A stretch of 64,000 nt of DNA from Candidatus Dojkabacteria bacterium (GCA_028694805.1 JAQVKD010000001.1:25549-89548), one strand, 5' to 3'; numbered from the stretch's first letter, positions 10,901 through 21,002 are shown. Notes: generated from the sequence alone by a model not told the origin. Made by a program: numbers and translations.

Positions 10901-11538
10901 CATGTATTGTCCAATCCTTGAAAATAATCAGAAAACGTCATTGCTTTTGTAGAGGTTCCATTCGCATACTGAAGTACAAGATCATTAGTATTAGCTGCTC
11001 TGTATATCCAATAATATCCTACTGTAGCACTTGCTGGACCATCTGATATAAACGTTTTAATTGTTGATGATAAAGATGAATTTGTCCAGGATTCATATGT
11101 TATAGCTCCATTCGTATTTGTAAAAGCAAAACTTGGTAAGGATACATTATCATCTACTCCATCAAATGCAAGTGCATTACCATATTTCCCTGAACTATTC
11201 CAGCCACTTGGACCATTATCAAGTCCAGCATTAAAATTCCTCAAAGTTCCATTTCTATTACTCCCAGAAAAATCTTGTGCTACTGTTCCTGAAACTTCGT
11301 TTAGCCTCCACCAACCAATAAGAGAATTGTTCCAATTAAGAAGAGCAGTTCCATTAGGCGCATTAGAAACAGAAGTATTTATAAATATGTATCCGGTTGA
11401 ATTTATACTATTATTATCTGGTGTTGGAGGTGTAAAAGAGGTAGTAGGATCAGTAGCTCTAACAACTTGTGTCACACCAACAGTTATTACTAATATGGTC
11501 ATTAAAACTAATCTTTTAATAGATCTCATATAATTCAT
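7978..11538 (-). CDS. giant secreted protein: signal peptide, LamG/ConA-like lectin domain, then right-handed beta-helix repeats
   Basis: LamG region WWRLNEVSGTVAQDFSGSNRNGTL...GKYGNALAFDGVDDNVSLPS. Later NNTILNSQFYGVSF, NNISGTDVGIMS and NNLTDIGTSGF beta-helix turns. Extremely dense in N-x-S/T. Start ambiguous among TTG 11550 and ATG 11538/11528. Confidence 0.7.
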   Translation of the reverse strand: MNYMRSIKRLVLMTILVITVGVTQVVRATDPTTSFTPPTPDNNSINSTGYIFINTSVSNAPNGTALLNWNNSLIGWWRLNEVSGTVAQDFSGSNRNGTLRNFNAGLDNGPSGWNSSGKYGNALAFDGVDDNVSLPSFAFTNTNGAITYESWTNSSLSSTIKTFISDGPASATVGYYWIYRAANTNDLVLQYANGTSTKAMTFSDYFQGLDNTWIHTVVVANYTNKSVTVYRNGDEFSSQTTDNMVFPSTNRVKYIGAWLSTFYRFSGKMDEVRLYNRELNSTEINASFDAGNYSISNNFTGLSDDTNYTATAYVQNQTGFVNSTGEYTFTVVILPPIISISSPQNGTYLNTSVYLNVSITNKQSSNGMNYSLDGAPNATLCSNCVSNSSLLTGLSQGAHNVTVWGKSLTDMTNSSMVNFTVNTSSSYCPSGSVYDVWNVTADKTCSDLNFTLNDYFVLYNGTLTLNNNSILLKNSPTIYNNTHLEISNTTLKYDDNILFGSGLITYGFINITNSTLTSWNSSTGMPYTSFGTYADACTSRPGIRYTIPYLNIKNSIINYSDYAGIFILGYASPKSALIENNTFYGNCFGIEVETDNPSSNITVRNNTILNSQFYGVSFNTAGNNILITENNISGTDVGIMSTYSKNITITKNNISNTTYNTDGYDYGIAILNSDNITISNNNLTDIGTSGFRITNATNITIAENYIDLMNVTIKNSSTITNDWTSPPSGISITKLAKGYGYVGEYDNYSIISSLESHNVSISSNLFGPNVSVLVRTDNENNFSQDLTNYWLISYNFPRLTGINRYYFSNNFTNVTSVVTPVNKTYSYYTPPHRIISNINQEPYAFYQDGNSANGTAWIHFYDYILERNNFSIRPWSYKVYKNGSVINMTDIPYDFYFYGNGTTFSLNKNQTVFSNGTTYLQLYNDTLEPNGYHTINMTVTPSSDNITVNITVWNTTGDYKVQFNESSTNTSNTVQYTIGDRQINSNYSVKVYWDNGTLFQDFNTLSNTTGYISYNSTGFDSSRYTVITQQNLEATVSCPKGWCFLAMNYTSKTLLQLDNMFSTDLNQGTYNSTTQKYETHVTGFTPNQNVNVTQKQGYYYYFSAPTIVNFVIETNPTITLNTGWNLVGNLNQSMTLSQELSNIGASATQASHYNKTTRTFVSTGSEIIPVGESFFVYVTNPTQWSG

Positions 11539-11571
11539 CTTTGTTCTCAATATTCTAATTTATTAATTTCA

Positions 11572-13662
11572 TCACAAAGGAACATGTCTTGTAAATGTCT
11601 TTATTATCGGTACTACTGTAATTATACTCGATGAAAAATCTACTGCATTTCCATTACCAGTAGGTAATGTTGCAGGATTAGCGTACTTAGCTCCGAATCC
11701 TACTCCTGTTGTCCAGGGATAGACTGATATAAACGGAGAAGCTACATGACCTACAGCTATATCTCTATTAGATAGAGAAAATGATATACCAAGTCCAGTA
11801 CTCGCAGGTAGTGTAGCAGGATCAGCATACTTAACACCAAATCCTACGCCATTGGTCCACGGATATACTGTTACAAACGGTGAATTGACATGACCTACAG
11901 CTATATCATTACCTGAATGTGAAAATATTGTCTCTACACTAATACCTGTAGGTAATGTTGCAGGATCAGCATACTTAACACCAAAACCAACTCCCGTGGT
12001 CCAGGGATATACTTGAATAAAGGGCGAGTTGTTACTAGCTACTGCTATGTCATTACCAGATGGTGAGAAATCTACTTCAAATCCTGTACTTGCAGGTAAT
12101 GTGGCTGGATTAGCATACTTTGCTCCAAATCCTACACCATTAGTCCAAGGATATGCACTTATAAATGGACTTGTTGTATGTGCTACAGCTATGTCATTAC
12201 CAGAAGGTAAAAAAGACACACCATTTCCTTGTCCTGTAGGTAATGTAGCAGGATTAGCATACTTAACTCCAAATCCTACACCATTAGTCCAGGGATAAAC
12301 TGATATAAATGGAGAACCCGCATGAGTTACAGCTATATCACTTCCTGATGGAGAAAATGTTACTCCGTTACCAGTACTTGCTGGTAATGTAGCAGGATTA
12401 GCATACTTAACGCCAAATCCAACTCCTGTTGTCCAGGGATAGGCTGTAACGAAAGGAGAACCTACATGACATATAGCTATATCACCGCCTGATGGAGAAA
12501 ACGATATGCCATTTCCTATTCCTGCAGGTAACGTAGTCGGATTGGCATACTTAGCTCCGAATCCAACTCCTGTAGTCCAGGGGTATGCTGTTATAAATGG
12601 CGAGTTATTATGTGCTACAGCTATATCTGTCAGCACAACTACCTTATTTAAATCTGATGACATATCTACACCAAGTCCATTACCTGCTGGTAATGTACTT
12701 GGATTAGAATATTTAGCACCAAATCCTACTCCTGATGTCCAAGGATATACATTGACAGCAGGAGGACTATTATATGATACAGCTATATCAGTTCCTGTAT
12801 GTGTGAATGATACTCCAGTTCCAGAAGCAGTGGGTAATGTAGCAGGATTAGCATACTTTGCTCCAAATCCTACACCTGATGTCCAGGGATAAACTGATAT
12901 AAATGGAGAACTGTTATGTGTTATAGCAATATCATTTCCTGATGGCGGAAATGAAATTCTGTGTCCATTTCCAGGAGGTAATGTAGCAGGATCAGCGTAT
13001 TTTGCTCCAAATCCTACACCTGATGTCCAGGGATAAACTGATATAAATGGTGATATTCCATGTCCAACAGCAATGTCATTTCCTGATGGAGAGAATGTTA
13101 CTCCGAAACCAGCTCCTGCAGGTAAAGTAGCAGGATCAGCATATTTTGTTCCGAAACCAACTCCTGACGTCCAGGGGTATGCTGTTACGAAAGGAGAATT
13201 TAAGTGTGATAATGCAATATCTGTTCCAGACGGGTTAAAATCTATTCCAAATCCAGTACCTGTAGGTAGTATACCAGGATTAGGATACTTTGCTCCAAAA
13301 CCTGCTCCAGATTTCCACGGATAAACTGAGATAAATGGTGAGTTAGCATGTCCTAATGCTATATCATTTCCAGACGGTGAAAATTTTACATCGAATCCAT
13401 CACCTGCAGGTAATGTTACAGGATTAGAATACTTAACTCCAAATCCTACTCCTGTATTCCAAGGATATACACTGATAAATGGAGAAGTTACATGAGATAC
13501 AGCAATGTCTGCTCCTGATGTTGAAAACATGACACTTTCACCAATACCAGTAGGTAGTGTAGCAGGATTGGTATACTTAGGTCCAAATCCTGTTCCTATT
13601 CCCCATGAATAAGCTGTGACAAACGGTGATGTGTCGTGTACTACAGCAATATCTACTGTCAT
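11572..13662 (-). CDS. repeat protein with about 16 copies of a 42-aa unit (likely two 8-blade beta-propellers); no signal peptide
   Basis: Unit DIAVxHxxSPFISVYPWTxGVGFGAKYANPATLPxGxGxGVxFSPSGN repeated across the whole ORF. Confidence 0.65.
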   Translation of the reverse strand: MTVDIAVVHDTSPFVTAYSWGIGTGFGPKYTNPATLPTGIGESVMFSTSGADIAVSHVTSPFISVYPWNTGVGFGVKYSNPVTLPAGDGFDVKFSPSGNDIALGHANSPFISVYPWKSGAGFGAKYPNPGILPTGTGFGIDFNPSGTDIALSHLNSPFVTAYPWTSGVGFGTKYADPATLPAGAGFGVTFSPSGNDIAVGHGISPFISVYPWTSGVGFGAKYADPATLPPGNGHRISFPPSGNDIAITHNSSPFISVYPWTSGVGFGAKYANPATLPTASGTGVSFTHTGTDIAVSYNSPPAVNVYPWTSGVGFGAKYSNPSTLPAGNGLGVDMSSDLNKVVVLTDIAVAHNNSPFITAYPWTTGVGFGAKYANPTTLPAGIGNGISFSPSGGDIAICHVGSPFVTAYPWTTGVGFGVKYANPATLPASTGNGVTFSPSGSDIAVTHAGSPFISVYPWTNGVGFGVKYANPATLPTGQGNGVSFLPSGNDIAVAHTTSPFISAYPWTNGVGFGAKYANPATLPASTGFEVDFSPSGNDIAVASNNSPFIQVYPWTTGVGFGVKYADPATLPTGISVETIFSHSGNDIAVGHVNSPFVTVYPWTNGVGFGVKYADPATLPASTGLGISFSLSNRDIAVGHVASPFISVYPWTTGVGFGAKYANPATLPTGNGNAVDFSSSIITVVPIIKTFTRHVPL

Positions 13663-13664
13663 AA

Positions 13665-13982
13665 TTAACTTTTTCTGGTTAACTCTTTATTTTTTTCGTT
13701 CATTCTTACAATAGCAGATTCTATTCTTTCCTGAGATGGTAACTGACTTTTCGTGTTTTCTATTATTCTTTCAACTTCGGTAATTCTACTTTCCAATTCT
13801 TTCATTAGATTCTGTATATTTTCCTTAAATGTTCCCTCAGGAAGTTTATTATCACTAAGCAACTTTTCGTATCTTTCTTTATTTATTGAATGACAATAAT
13901 GATCAATTTCTTGTTGATGAAGAAAACTTACTATAACATCATCTTTCTCGTCTTGTGTTAATGTTTTATATTGTATTGACAT
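13665..13982 (-). CDS. small coiled-coil protein
   Basis: 105 aa, charged and helical. Sits between the two fibre/propeller modules. Confidence 0.4.
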   Translation of the reverse strand: MSIQYKTLTQDEKDDVIVSFLHQQEIDHYCHSINKERYEKLLSDNKLPEGTFKENIQNLMKELESRITEVERIIENTKSQLPSQERIESAIVRMNEKNKELTRKS

Positions 13983-13987
13983 TTTAT

Positions 13988-14818
13988 TTACTCCGTATAG
14001 TATAATACAAATCCAGATACTTGAATATTTCCATTGAGATTGATTATAAATGCTTGATTTGCATTCATTTGTAACGGATTAAAATCTCCATTAAATCCCA
14101 TTCCAGAATTACCTGCAAACGACATTACACCAGTAAGATTGTTTGCTCCTGATTTTAATATAACACCGACAGCTGATGCTGCAATAAAGAATAAATTTAC
14201 TATTCTAATTCTCTGTCCAGAAGTAGCAGGTGCTGCTATTATTGTATTATCTCCAGATGTGTTTATATTAATAACAGCTCTAGTTGGATTTCCCCTTGCA
14301 GCAAATACACTACCCGCAAACATTGTTCCTGATGATGTTCCTGATGATGTAAGAGAGTTACCTGTACAGCATATAGGATACTCCGATACTCTATACGGAA
14401 GTGATGCTGTCGGACTTCTTAGTCTTAGTTCATATACATTATAATAAATTTTATTTTCTCCTGGATATACTGGTCTTTCTCTTGACCATTGCATTTCTCC
14501 ACCATGAGAAACAATTACAAATAATGTATCTGTACCGTCGTTTGATACTATTACCTGCTCAGCATTTCTCTCTACAGAAACAAATATCCGTTCTCTGTTA
14601 TATGTATTAACATCTGGATCATTAGGATTGGTAGCTTGAGCTAATGTTATTGTACTGTTATTATCATAGTAGTTCTTAAATTTCCTTGTCTCTATATTTC
14701 CTTCAGGAATAGCCTTTTCACTTCTTGATCTTTTTTGTTGACTGTTCTGAGCTTGTTTGAAGAATTCTTCTCTTTCTTTAATGAAAAGCTCATCTGCTTC
14801 TTTCATTCTATCGACCAT
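13988..14818 (-). CDS. hypothetical protein with YNVYELRLRSP domain (paralog of the central domain of 18650..19867)
   Basis: VIVSNDGTDTLFVIVSHGGEMQ...YYNVYELRLRSP aligns with VVNDGSTNLYIVISHDGKV...FYNIYELRIRGP. Confidence 0.5.
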   Translation of the reverse strand: MVDRMKEADELFIKEREEFFKQAQNSQQKRSRSEKAIPEGNIETRKFKNYYDNNSTITLAQATNPNDPDVNTYNRERIFVSVERNAEQVIVSNDGTDTLFVIVSHGGEMQWSRERPVYPGENKIYYNVYELRLRSPTASLPYRVSEYPICCTGNSLTSSGTSSGTMFAGSVFAARGNPTRAVININTSGDNTIIAAPATSGQRIRIVNLFFIAASAVGVILKSGANNLTGVMSFAGNSGMGFNGDFNPLQMNANQAFIINLNGNIQVSGFVLYYTE

Positions 14819-14864
14819 AAGTTATTCCCTCTTTAAATTATTGAATTAATTCATTAATATTTGA

Positions 14865-15026
14865 TTAATTTTTAAGTTGTTCTAATTTCTGAAGTTCTTG
14901 AACTTTTTGACTTTTAAGATTCTGTAATTGATTAATTTGATTATTTAGAATTTCTTGTTGTCTTATTATATCAAATATCTCACATTTTAATTGAATTATT
15001 TTCTCTTTGATTGTAATTTCTTCCAT
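14865..15026 (-). CDS. small coiled-coil protein (53 aa), not in ORF track
   Basis: GGAGAT SD. Translation MEEITIKEKIIQLKCEIFDIIRQQEILNNQINQLQNLKSQKVQELQKLEQLKN. Confidence 0.4.
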   Translation of the reverse strand: MEEITIKEKIIQLKCEIFDIIRQQEILNNQINQLQNLKSQKVQELQKLEQLKN

Positions 15027-15042
15027 CTTTATCTCCTAATTA

Positions 15043-18000
15043 TTAAATTGCATTTAATCTGTTTCCTATCCAATCAGTTCCATTACTGATTATTTCCAGT
15101 GTTTGCCACTGTTGTGCTGTTGTTATGGTTTGAGTATTTGCAGCGTTTATGTTCTCTCCTGCTTGTGCTGCCACTGTTACTGTTCCGGCTCCAGTATCAA
15201 CTCTTTGAATTCTATAGATTCTTCCAGTTATTCCCACTGCAGTGGGTAGTGTAATTGTAATTCCTCCAGCACCTGCTGTTGCTGCTATGTGAAAATGTGT
15301 GATATCTAGGGTTAATCCAACAGCATCTGCTGTAACAGGAAGTGCTATTGAACCATTTATATCTAATCTTGACGTTGGTGTAACTGCTTTATTAATTGTA
15401 ACACCAGGTGTATTAAAATCTCCACCTATTAATGGTGTGGTTGTATTTGAGTTCGCTATATACAGCTTATTTGAATCGGTAGTGCTTTGTGATCCTGCTG
15501 CATAGCCTAAGAATACGTTCGCAGTTCCTGTTGTAGCCGCAAGACCTGCCTGACTTCCTATAAATGTATTTTGTGTTCCAGTACTTACTAATCCTGCTTC
15601 ATAACCAAAGAATGCACTATCTGCACTTGTAGTCATTGCACCACCTGCTTGATAACCTACAAATGTATTATTTGCTCCTGTTGTATTGGCATCTCCAGAT
15701 AATGAACCTATGAAAGTATTGAAATTTGCTGTGCTTAATAATCCAGCATCTTTTCCTATGAATGTGCAATCTGTATTAGTTACATTGGCTCCACCAGAAT
15801 TATAACCTACAAATGTATTCCTAGTTCCCGTCGTGTTTGCATCACCAGATGATGATCCTATGAACGTATTTTGAGCGGCTGTATTTGCTGAACCAGCTTG
15901 TGATCCAACAAAGGTGTTGTTACTACTTGTACCAGTATTTTGTCCTGCTTGATGTCCTATGAAAGTATTATCACTTCCAGTGTCACTAAAAAATCCTGTA
16001 TTGTAACCAACGAAAGCAAGACGAGTTCCAGATGTATTGTTGAATCCTGACTGGCTTCCTACAAAAGTATTCTGATTTCCTGAATTTCCAAATCCAGAGA
16101 ATAGACCTACAAAAGTGTTATCTGCTCCTGTAAATCCAGTTGATGAACCTACGTATGTATTTTGTGATTCAGTTGTATTTGAAACACCTGAAAAATCACC
16201 TATAAATACATTTCCAGTTCCTGATGTATTTGCAGCACCTGCTTGACTCCCTACAAATGTATTACTCCTTCCAGTATCAACAGCTCCTGCTTGATAACCT
16301 ATGAACGTATTGTCACTATTCGTTGTGACTGCACTTCCAGCTTGATATCCTACAAACACATGTCTTGCACCTGTTGTATTTGCATCACCTGCCTGACTTC
16401 CTATAAAAGTATTTGAAGCAGCTGTATCAACTAATCCTGCTTGATAACCAACAAAAGTACAATCTGAGTTAGTTGTTATAGCACTCCCTGATTGATAGCC
16501 TACAAATGTATGTCTTGTTCCTGATGTGTTTGCATCACCAGATAATGATCCTATAAATGTATTTTGAGCTGAAGTGCTTAATAATCCTGCATTATAACCT
16601 ACAAATGTACTGTTACTATTTGTTGTATTTGTAAATCCTGAAGAAACGCCTACGAATGTATTTTGAGTCCCTAATGTATTATTAAATCCTGATGCTTGAC
16701 CTACAAATGTGTTACTCGCTCCTGTTGATGTGTTCTGACCAGACTGGCTACCTAAGAATGTGTTATTTGATACCGTATTAAAAAATCCAGTAAATGTTCC
16801 TATAAATGTACATCCACTACCAGTAGAATTAGTAAATCCTGAGAGTTCTCCTACAAATGTATTTGATGATCCAGATGTATTAGTAGAACCTGCTCTATCG
16901 CCTAAGAAGGTGTTGTTACTAGCTATGTTATTAAGTCCTGATTGATAACCCAGGAAAGTATTGTTATTTGTTGTTGAATTTGCTCTACCTGATTGATAAC
17001 CTATGAATACATTATTTACTCCTGATGTATTCAGTTCTCCAGATTCATTTCCTATGAAAATGCTCTGACTTGATGTATTGAGTCTTCCTGATTCCCATCC
17101 AATAATAACATTAGATGCTCCACTATTCCCAGCAAGAGCACCTAAAATAGTGTTTTGACTGTGTGTAGTAATTCCTATTCCCGTAGTAAATCCTACAAGA
17201 GTATTTTCTCCGCCACTTGTGATATTTGAACCTGATTCAGCTCCTACTATAGTATTAAATCCATTTGGACCACTTAGAATTCCTGCATCCCATCCTACTA
17301 TTGTATCAAATTCAGAAGTTATTCCTATAAGTCTATTTGCTTCATCTAATTTAAATGCAATATCACTTCTCCATATATGACCATCTGATGTTCCAAATAA
17401 TACCACTCCGTTTGATGCATTTACCATTGATCTTATAGATGAAGGTGCTATAGCACCAAGGTCAGCCCATGTTACACTAAAATCTGTTGTTCTAATAATA
17501 TGTCCGTCACTTATTCCTAGTGTAGCTATTCCGTTTCCAAGATAAGCACTGGCTGTACAGAAATTACCTGCACCATAAACATTGCCTAAGTCTGTCCATG
17601 TACTTCCATTATCAGTGCTTCTAAATATATGTCCGTTTGCATCACAGGCTATTGTTGCTTGGTTTCTCATGTAAAGAATTGAATCAATAGATGCTCCTGA
17701 TATAGGATTTCCAGCAACTCCTGAGAATGTAGCTCCATCATCCGTACTTCTAAATATATTTCCTCCACTATCTCCAATTAGAACTACACCATTATCTAAG
17801 TATGCTGAAGAACTTAATATATTGGCTGAAAGAGGACTCCCTGCTATTTCAACCCACGTAACACCATAATCAGTACTTCTTGCAACTCTTCCAGCGCCAT
17901 CTCCTATTATAGATATTCCATTTCCAATGTAAACAGACGTGAATATATCAGTAAATCCTGCTAGAGGTGTTCCAACTACTGAAGTCCACGAAAAACCAAA

Positions 18001-18348
18001 GTCTAGACTTCTATATACTGTTCCCCCTACAGTTCCTATTATAGCAATTCCGCTTCCTAAATAGCTCATTGCTAATCCGCTATTTCCTATAGCGCTTGTA
18101 CTATTATACCAATTATTAAGACCGTAATCCGAGCTTCTGGTTATAGATGTTGATAAACCACATGCAACAACGATTCCTGCTCCACAATAAATTAATTTTC
18201 TATTAGCATAACCATTGATAAATGTATCAGTCCATACTACTCCAACATCGAATGGGAATTGATACGCTGGTCTATCTATACCAGCACTGCTAAAACTTGG
18301 AGGTGCTCCCCCACCTCCTGGTCTTTTATTTGGTACTATTTCTACCAT
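15043..18348 (-). CDS. fibre-like protein: N-terminal BNR/Asp-box propeller plus about 50 tail-fibre-like 14-aa repeats
   Basis: BNR motifs RSTDYGVTW, RSTDDGATF, RSTDNGSTW, RTTDFSVTW. Then NTF[VI]GxQ[AS]GxxNT[ST]G repeats, as in phage tail-fibre and trimeric beta-helix proteins. No signal peptide. Confidence 0.65.
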   Translation of the reverse strand: MVEIVPNKRPGGGGAPPSFSSAGIDRPAYQFPFDVGVVWTDTFINGYANRKLIYCGAGIVVACGLSTSITRSSDYGLNNWYNSTSAIGNSGLAMSYLGSGIAIIGTVGGTVYRSLDFGFSWTSVVGTPLAGFTDIFTSVYIGNGISIIGDGAGRVARSTDYGVTWVEIAGSPLSANILSSSAYLDNGVVLIGDSGGNIFRSTDDGATFSGVAGNPISGASIDSILYMRNQATIACDANGHIFRSTDNGSTWTDLGNVYGAGNFCTASAYLGNGIATLGISDGHIIRTTDFSVTWADLGAIAPSSIRSMVNASNGVVLFGTSDGHIWRSDIAFKLDEANRLIGITSEFDTIVGWDAGILSGPNGFNTIVGAESGSNITSGGENTLVGFTTGIGITTHSQNTILGALAGNSGASNVIIGWESGRLNTSSQSIFIGNESGELNTSGVNNVFIGYQSGRANSTTNNNTFLGYQSGLNNIASNNTFLGDRAGSTNTSGSSNTFVGELSGFTNSTGSGCTFIGTFTGFFNTVSNNTFLGSQSGQNTSTGASNTFVGQASGFNNTLGTQNTFVGVSSGFTNTTNSNSTFVGYNAGLLSTSAQNTFIGSLSGDANTSGTRHTFVGYQSGSAITTNSDCTFVGYQAGLVDTAASNTFIGSQAGDANTTGARHVFVGYQAGSAVTTNSDNTFIGYQAGAVDTGRSNTFVGSQAGAANTSGTGNVFIGDFSGVSNTTESQNTYVGSSTGFTGADNTFVGLFSGFGNSGNQNTFVGSQSGFNNTSGTRLAFVGYNTGFFSDTGSDNTFIGHQAGQNTGTSSNNTFVGSQAGSANTAAQNTFIGSSSGDANTTGTRNTFVGYNSGGANVTNTDCTFIGKDAGLLSTANFNTFIGSLSGDANTTGANNTFVGYQAGGAMTTSADSAFFGYEAGLVSTGTQNTFIGSQAGLAATTGTANVFLGYAAGSQSTTDSNKLYIANSNTTTPLIGGDFNTPGVTINKAVTPTSRLDINGSIALPVTADAVGLTLDITHFHIAATAGAGGITITLPTAVGITGRIYRIQRVDTGAGTVTVAAQAGENINAANTQTITTAQQWQTLEIISNGTDWIGNRLNAI

Positions 18349-18374
18349 TCTTTAATCCTCTATAATTAATAAAA

Positions 18375-18653
18375 TTAATTTGTATCATGAGCACTATTAT
18401 CTTTTTTTATCGATTCTTCAGAAATTTCCTTTTGTTTTGGCTGTCTTGGATTAGGTGGCTTATTCGAATCAGAAAGTTGCTTGAAATATACATGTGATAA
18501 TATTGCTCCTTGAATACTCTCAATCTCAACATGGTCTATTTTATCCTTGAGTTCTTCACTGTAGTTTTTAAATAGATACGATAACTTATGATCTTCCATT
18601 CTAACTCTATCAATTTTAACTCTTTCTTTTTTAGATGGCTTTTCTCTTCTCAT
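18375..18653 (-). CDS. small charged hypothetical protein
   Basis: 92 aa, 4-nt overlap with the downstream gene. Confidence 0.4.
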   Translation of the reverse strand: MRREKPSKKERVKIDRVRMEDHKLSYLFKNYSEELKDKIDHVEIESIQGAILSHVYFKQLSDSNKPPNPRQPKQKEISEESIKKDNSAHDTN

Positions 18654-19867
18654 ACTAAATCAGTCTCTGTTGTTGCTTCGATTGCCTGACCTGGTGAATT
18701 TCCAGCAAAATTTATTTGCATTCCCCTTGTTCCGTTCACTATTAACACATCTCCAGGAGCAAGAATTCCTCTTTGTGCATCATTTGTTATATCTTGTCCT
18801 GCTGATGCATAATAAATGTTATCAGTATTTGTCACTCTTGATCTAAATGCTGATGTTAAGTTTATTATATCTCCTACAATTGTAAATGTTGTAAATCCAA
18901 CTCCTATTGCAAGGACAGGAGCCGCTGTTGCCACAGCAATAGCTGATTTATTTACATTGAAAAAATCAAATCTTGATGGATATTCTGTTGCTCTATATAA
19001 TCCTCCTGGTTGTTCTCCAACATCTGGATCTAAATTACCTACTGCTGGTCCCCTTATTCTTAATTCATAAATATTGTAGAAATGCTTAATTTCACCTCTC
19101 ATTAAGGTAACTTCTGATGTACTAAATACTTTTCCATCATGTGATATAACTATATATAGATTTGTCGAACCATCATTAACTACCGCTACATCAGGAGACC
19201 TTCTTAACATTGCATCAAATATCGCAATTCTATCATAACCTGTTGTTGGAGGAGTTGTATTTGGATCAGCTACGATGTCTGATGTTTCTGGTTTATTAGG
19301 TGTAGCTACTCTTATTGCAAGTTCTCCTGTAGTAAAGTATCTTCTTTCAAGATTATATCCTGATGTTTCCATTTCATGTTCACTTAATAAGTTAATTCCC
19401 TTATTTAACTCTGTAAGTATTTCATTATTTTTATTTAATATTTCATTCATTTCTGATAAATGTTCAGATAATACAGAGTTTTGTGATTCGTTTATCAGAA
19501 TAGATTCTTTTAAGGGCTGAGAGTTTTCTGTGAACTGTTTGTCTTGCTCAGATTTTTCTTCTATTCTTTGGTGTTGATTTTCATTACTTTTTTCTTGTTT
19601 ATCTTCTACACTATCATTATTAGAGGACGGAATTTCAATGTAATCCTTAAATATTGAATTTACAATAAAATTTGCTGATATTAAAGTTATTTTTCCAGGA
19701 TAAACATCTAACTTTCCTAAATATTCATGTTTTTCTTTTCTTAACTCGTATGAGTAATCACCAGGTATAACATCAGTAATATCTAATGGTGTTAATCCTA
19801 CATATTTTCCATTTAAACTGACTTCCACGTTAGATGGTGAACTATCAAATCTTATTGTTCCATTCAT
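18650..19867 (-). CDS. PEGA-domain protein with coiled coil and YNIYELRIRGP domain
   Basis: N-terminus VEVSLNGKYVGLTPLDITDVIPGDYSYELRK is a PEGA-type fold. C-terminal half is paralogous to 13988..14818. Confidence 0.5.
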   Translation of the reverse strand: MNGTIRFDSSPSNVEVSLNGKYVGLTPLDITDVIPGDYSYELRKEKHEYLGKLDVYPGKITLISANFIVNSIFKDYIEIPSSNNDSVEDKQEKSNENQHQRIEEKSEQDKQFTENSQPLKESILINESQNSVLSEHLSEMNEILNKNNEILTELNKGINLLSEHEMETSGYNLERRYFTTGELAIRVATPNKPETSDIVADPNTTPPTTGYDRIAIFDAMLRRSPDVAVVNDGSTNLYIVISHDGKVFSTSEVTLMRGEIKHFYNIYELRIRGPAVGNLDPDVGEQPGGLYRATEYPSRFDFFNVNKSAIAVATAAPVLAIGVGFTTFTIVGDIINLTSAFRSRVTNTDNIYYASAGQDITNDAQRGILAPGDVLIVNGTRGMQINFAGNSPGQAIEATTETDLV

Positions 19868-19912
19868 AACAATCTTGAACTTCTAAATCATATAGAGATT
19901 ATTTATTAATAC

Positions 19913-20947
19913 TTAAATTGACATACTGGTATCTAATTTTGGACATACTATTTCTACCTTACCATTTTTTATAGTTGTAGAAATGCTATGAAGTACTAAT
20001 ACATACGGACAACCACCAATACTGTTGTAATAACATTCACATGTATTTTGTTGACACTCTGGTGATGTCCCGTTTTGAACATTAGCATATGACACCTTCA
20101 CGTTTATTAAACTAATTGTTGTATTTCCTTTTTCTTTTGTGCTTATATGCACATATGCAATTACTCCTTTTTTATTTGTTGATGGAGGATTTGAAGCATA
20201 ACTATCAAATGTTGATACTGTTGAAGGAGCTGTTGTTATTCTTAAGTTAGATATAGTTCCTTGTAAATTATCTATAGAACCAACTGTAATTCCTCCTCTA
20301 GTATTTTCTGGCATTTTAAACAACTCGCCCATCTCAATACTATCGACAGTAAATACAGTAGCGTTCCATGATAAATTTAATCTAACATCATTTATATACG
20401 AACCTTGGGGATCAACTTCAATTGGAAATGCATAATAACTAACCTTCGGAGGCAGACTTGCTGTTGTTCCATATATCGAGCTTACAATAACAGGTGGTGC
20501 TTGTTTTGGTGTTGAAGATATAGATGGAACTGACTTGTCAAAAGACCAACTACCTGATGGAGTGTCACTTTTTATGTCACCACCTCCTGTGTAAGTCCTT
20601 CCACTTTGAGTTGGATATGTTGATGTTATACCTGGTTGACCTGATGCACAGTATGTCCCTATCCAATCTCCTTGTTGTACTTGTATATTACACGGAAGAT
20701 TTGATGTTGTTCCCGCAGAAACATTTTGTAGTGCTGACTCACCAATAAATTTTATTGTAGCTGTTCCATCTGGGTTTGTGACATATCTAAACACTTTTAA
20801 TTTTACAGAACTTGCAACTGGTGAATCAACACACCATGTTGTTAATGTTCCGCTACTTTCACATGGATTAGCATAATCTAATATAGTTCGTCCGCATGAC
20901 GCTGTTCCGGTTTGTGTTCCACATCCAATTCCTGCCATAATGTTCAA
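19913..20947 (-). CDS. Cys-rich hypothetical protein
   Basis: 344 aa with paired Cys near the N-terminus and a CxC C-terminal region. No signal peptide and no TM. Confidence 0.4.
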   Translation of the reverse strand: MNIMAGIGCGTQTGTASCGRTILDYANPCESSGTLTTWCVDSPVASSVKLKVFRYVTNPDGTATIKFIGESALQNVSAGTTSNLPCNIQVQQGDWIGTYCASGQPGITSTYPTQSGRTYTGGGDIKSDTPSGSWSFDKSVPSISSTPKQAPPVIVSSIYGTTASLPPKVSYYAFPIEVDPQGSYINDVRLNLSWNATVFTVDSIEMGELFKMPENTRGGITVGSIDNLQGTISNLRITTAPSTVSTFDSYASNPPSTNKKGVIAYVHISTKEKGNTTISLINVKVSYANVQNGTSPECQQNTCECYYNSIGGCPYVLVLHSISTTIKNGKVEIVCPKLDTSMSI

Positions 20948-21002
20948 TTCTCCATATTTAATTTCGTTTACACATCAGTATGTACTTAACTAATTTCATT
21001 AT

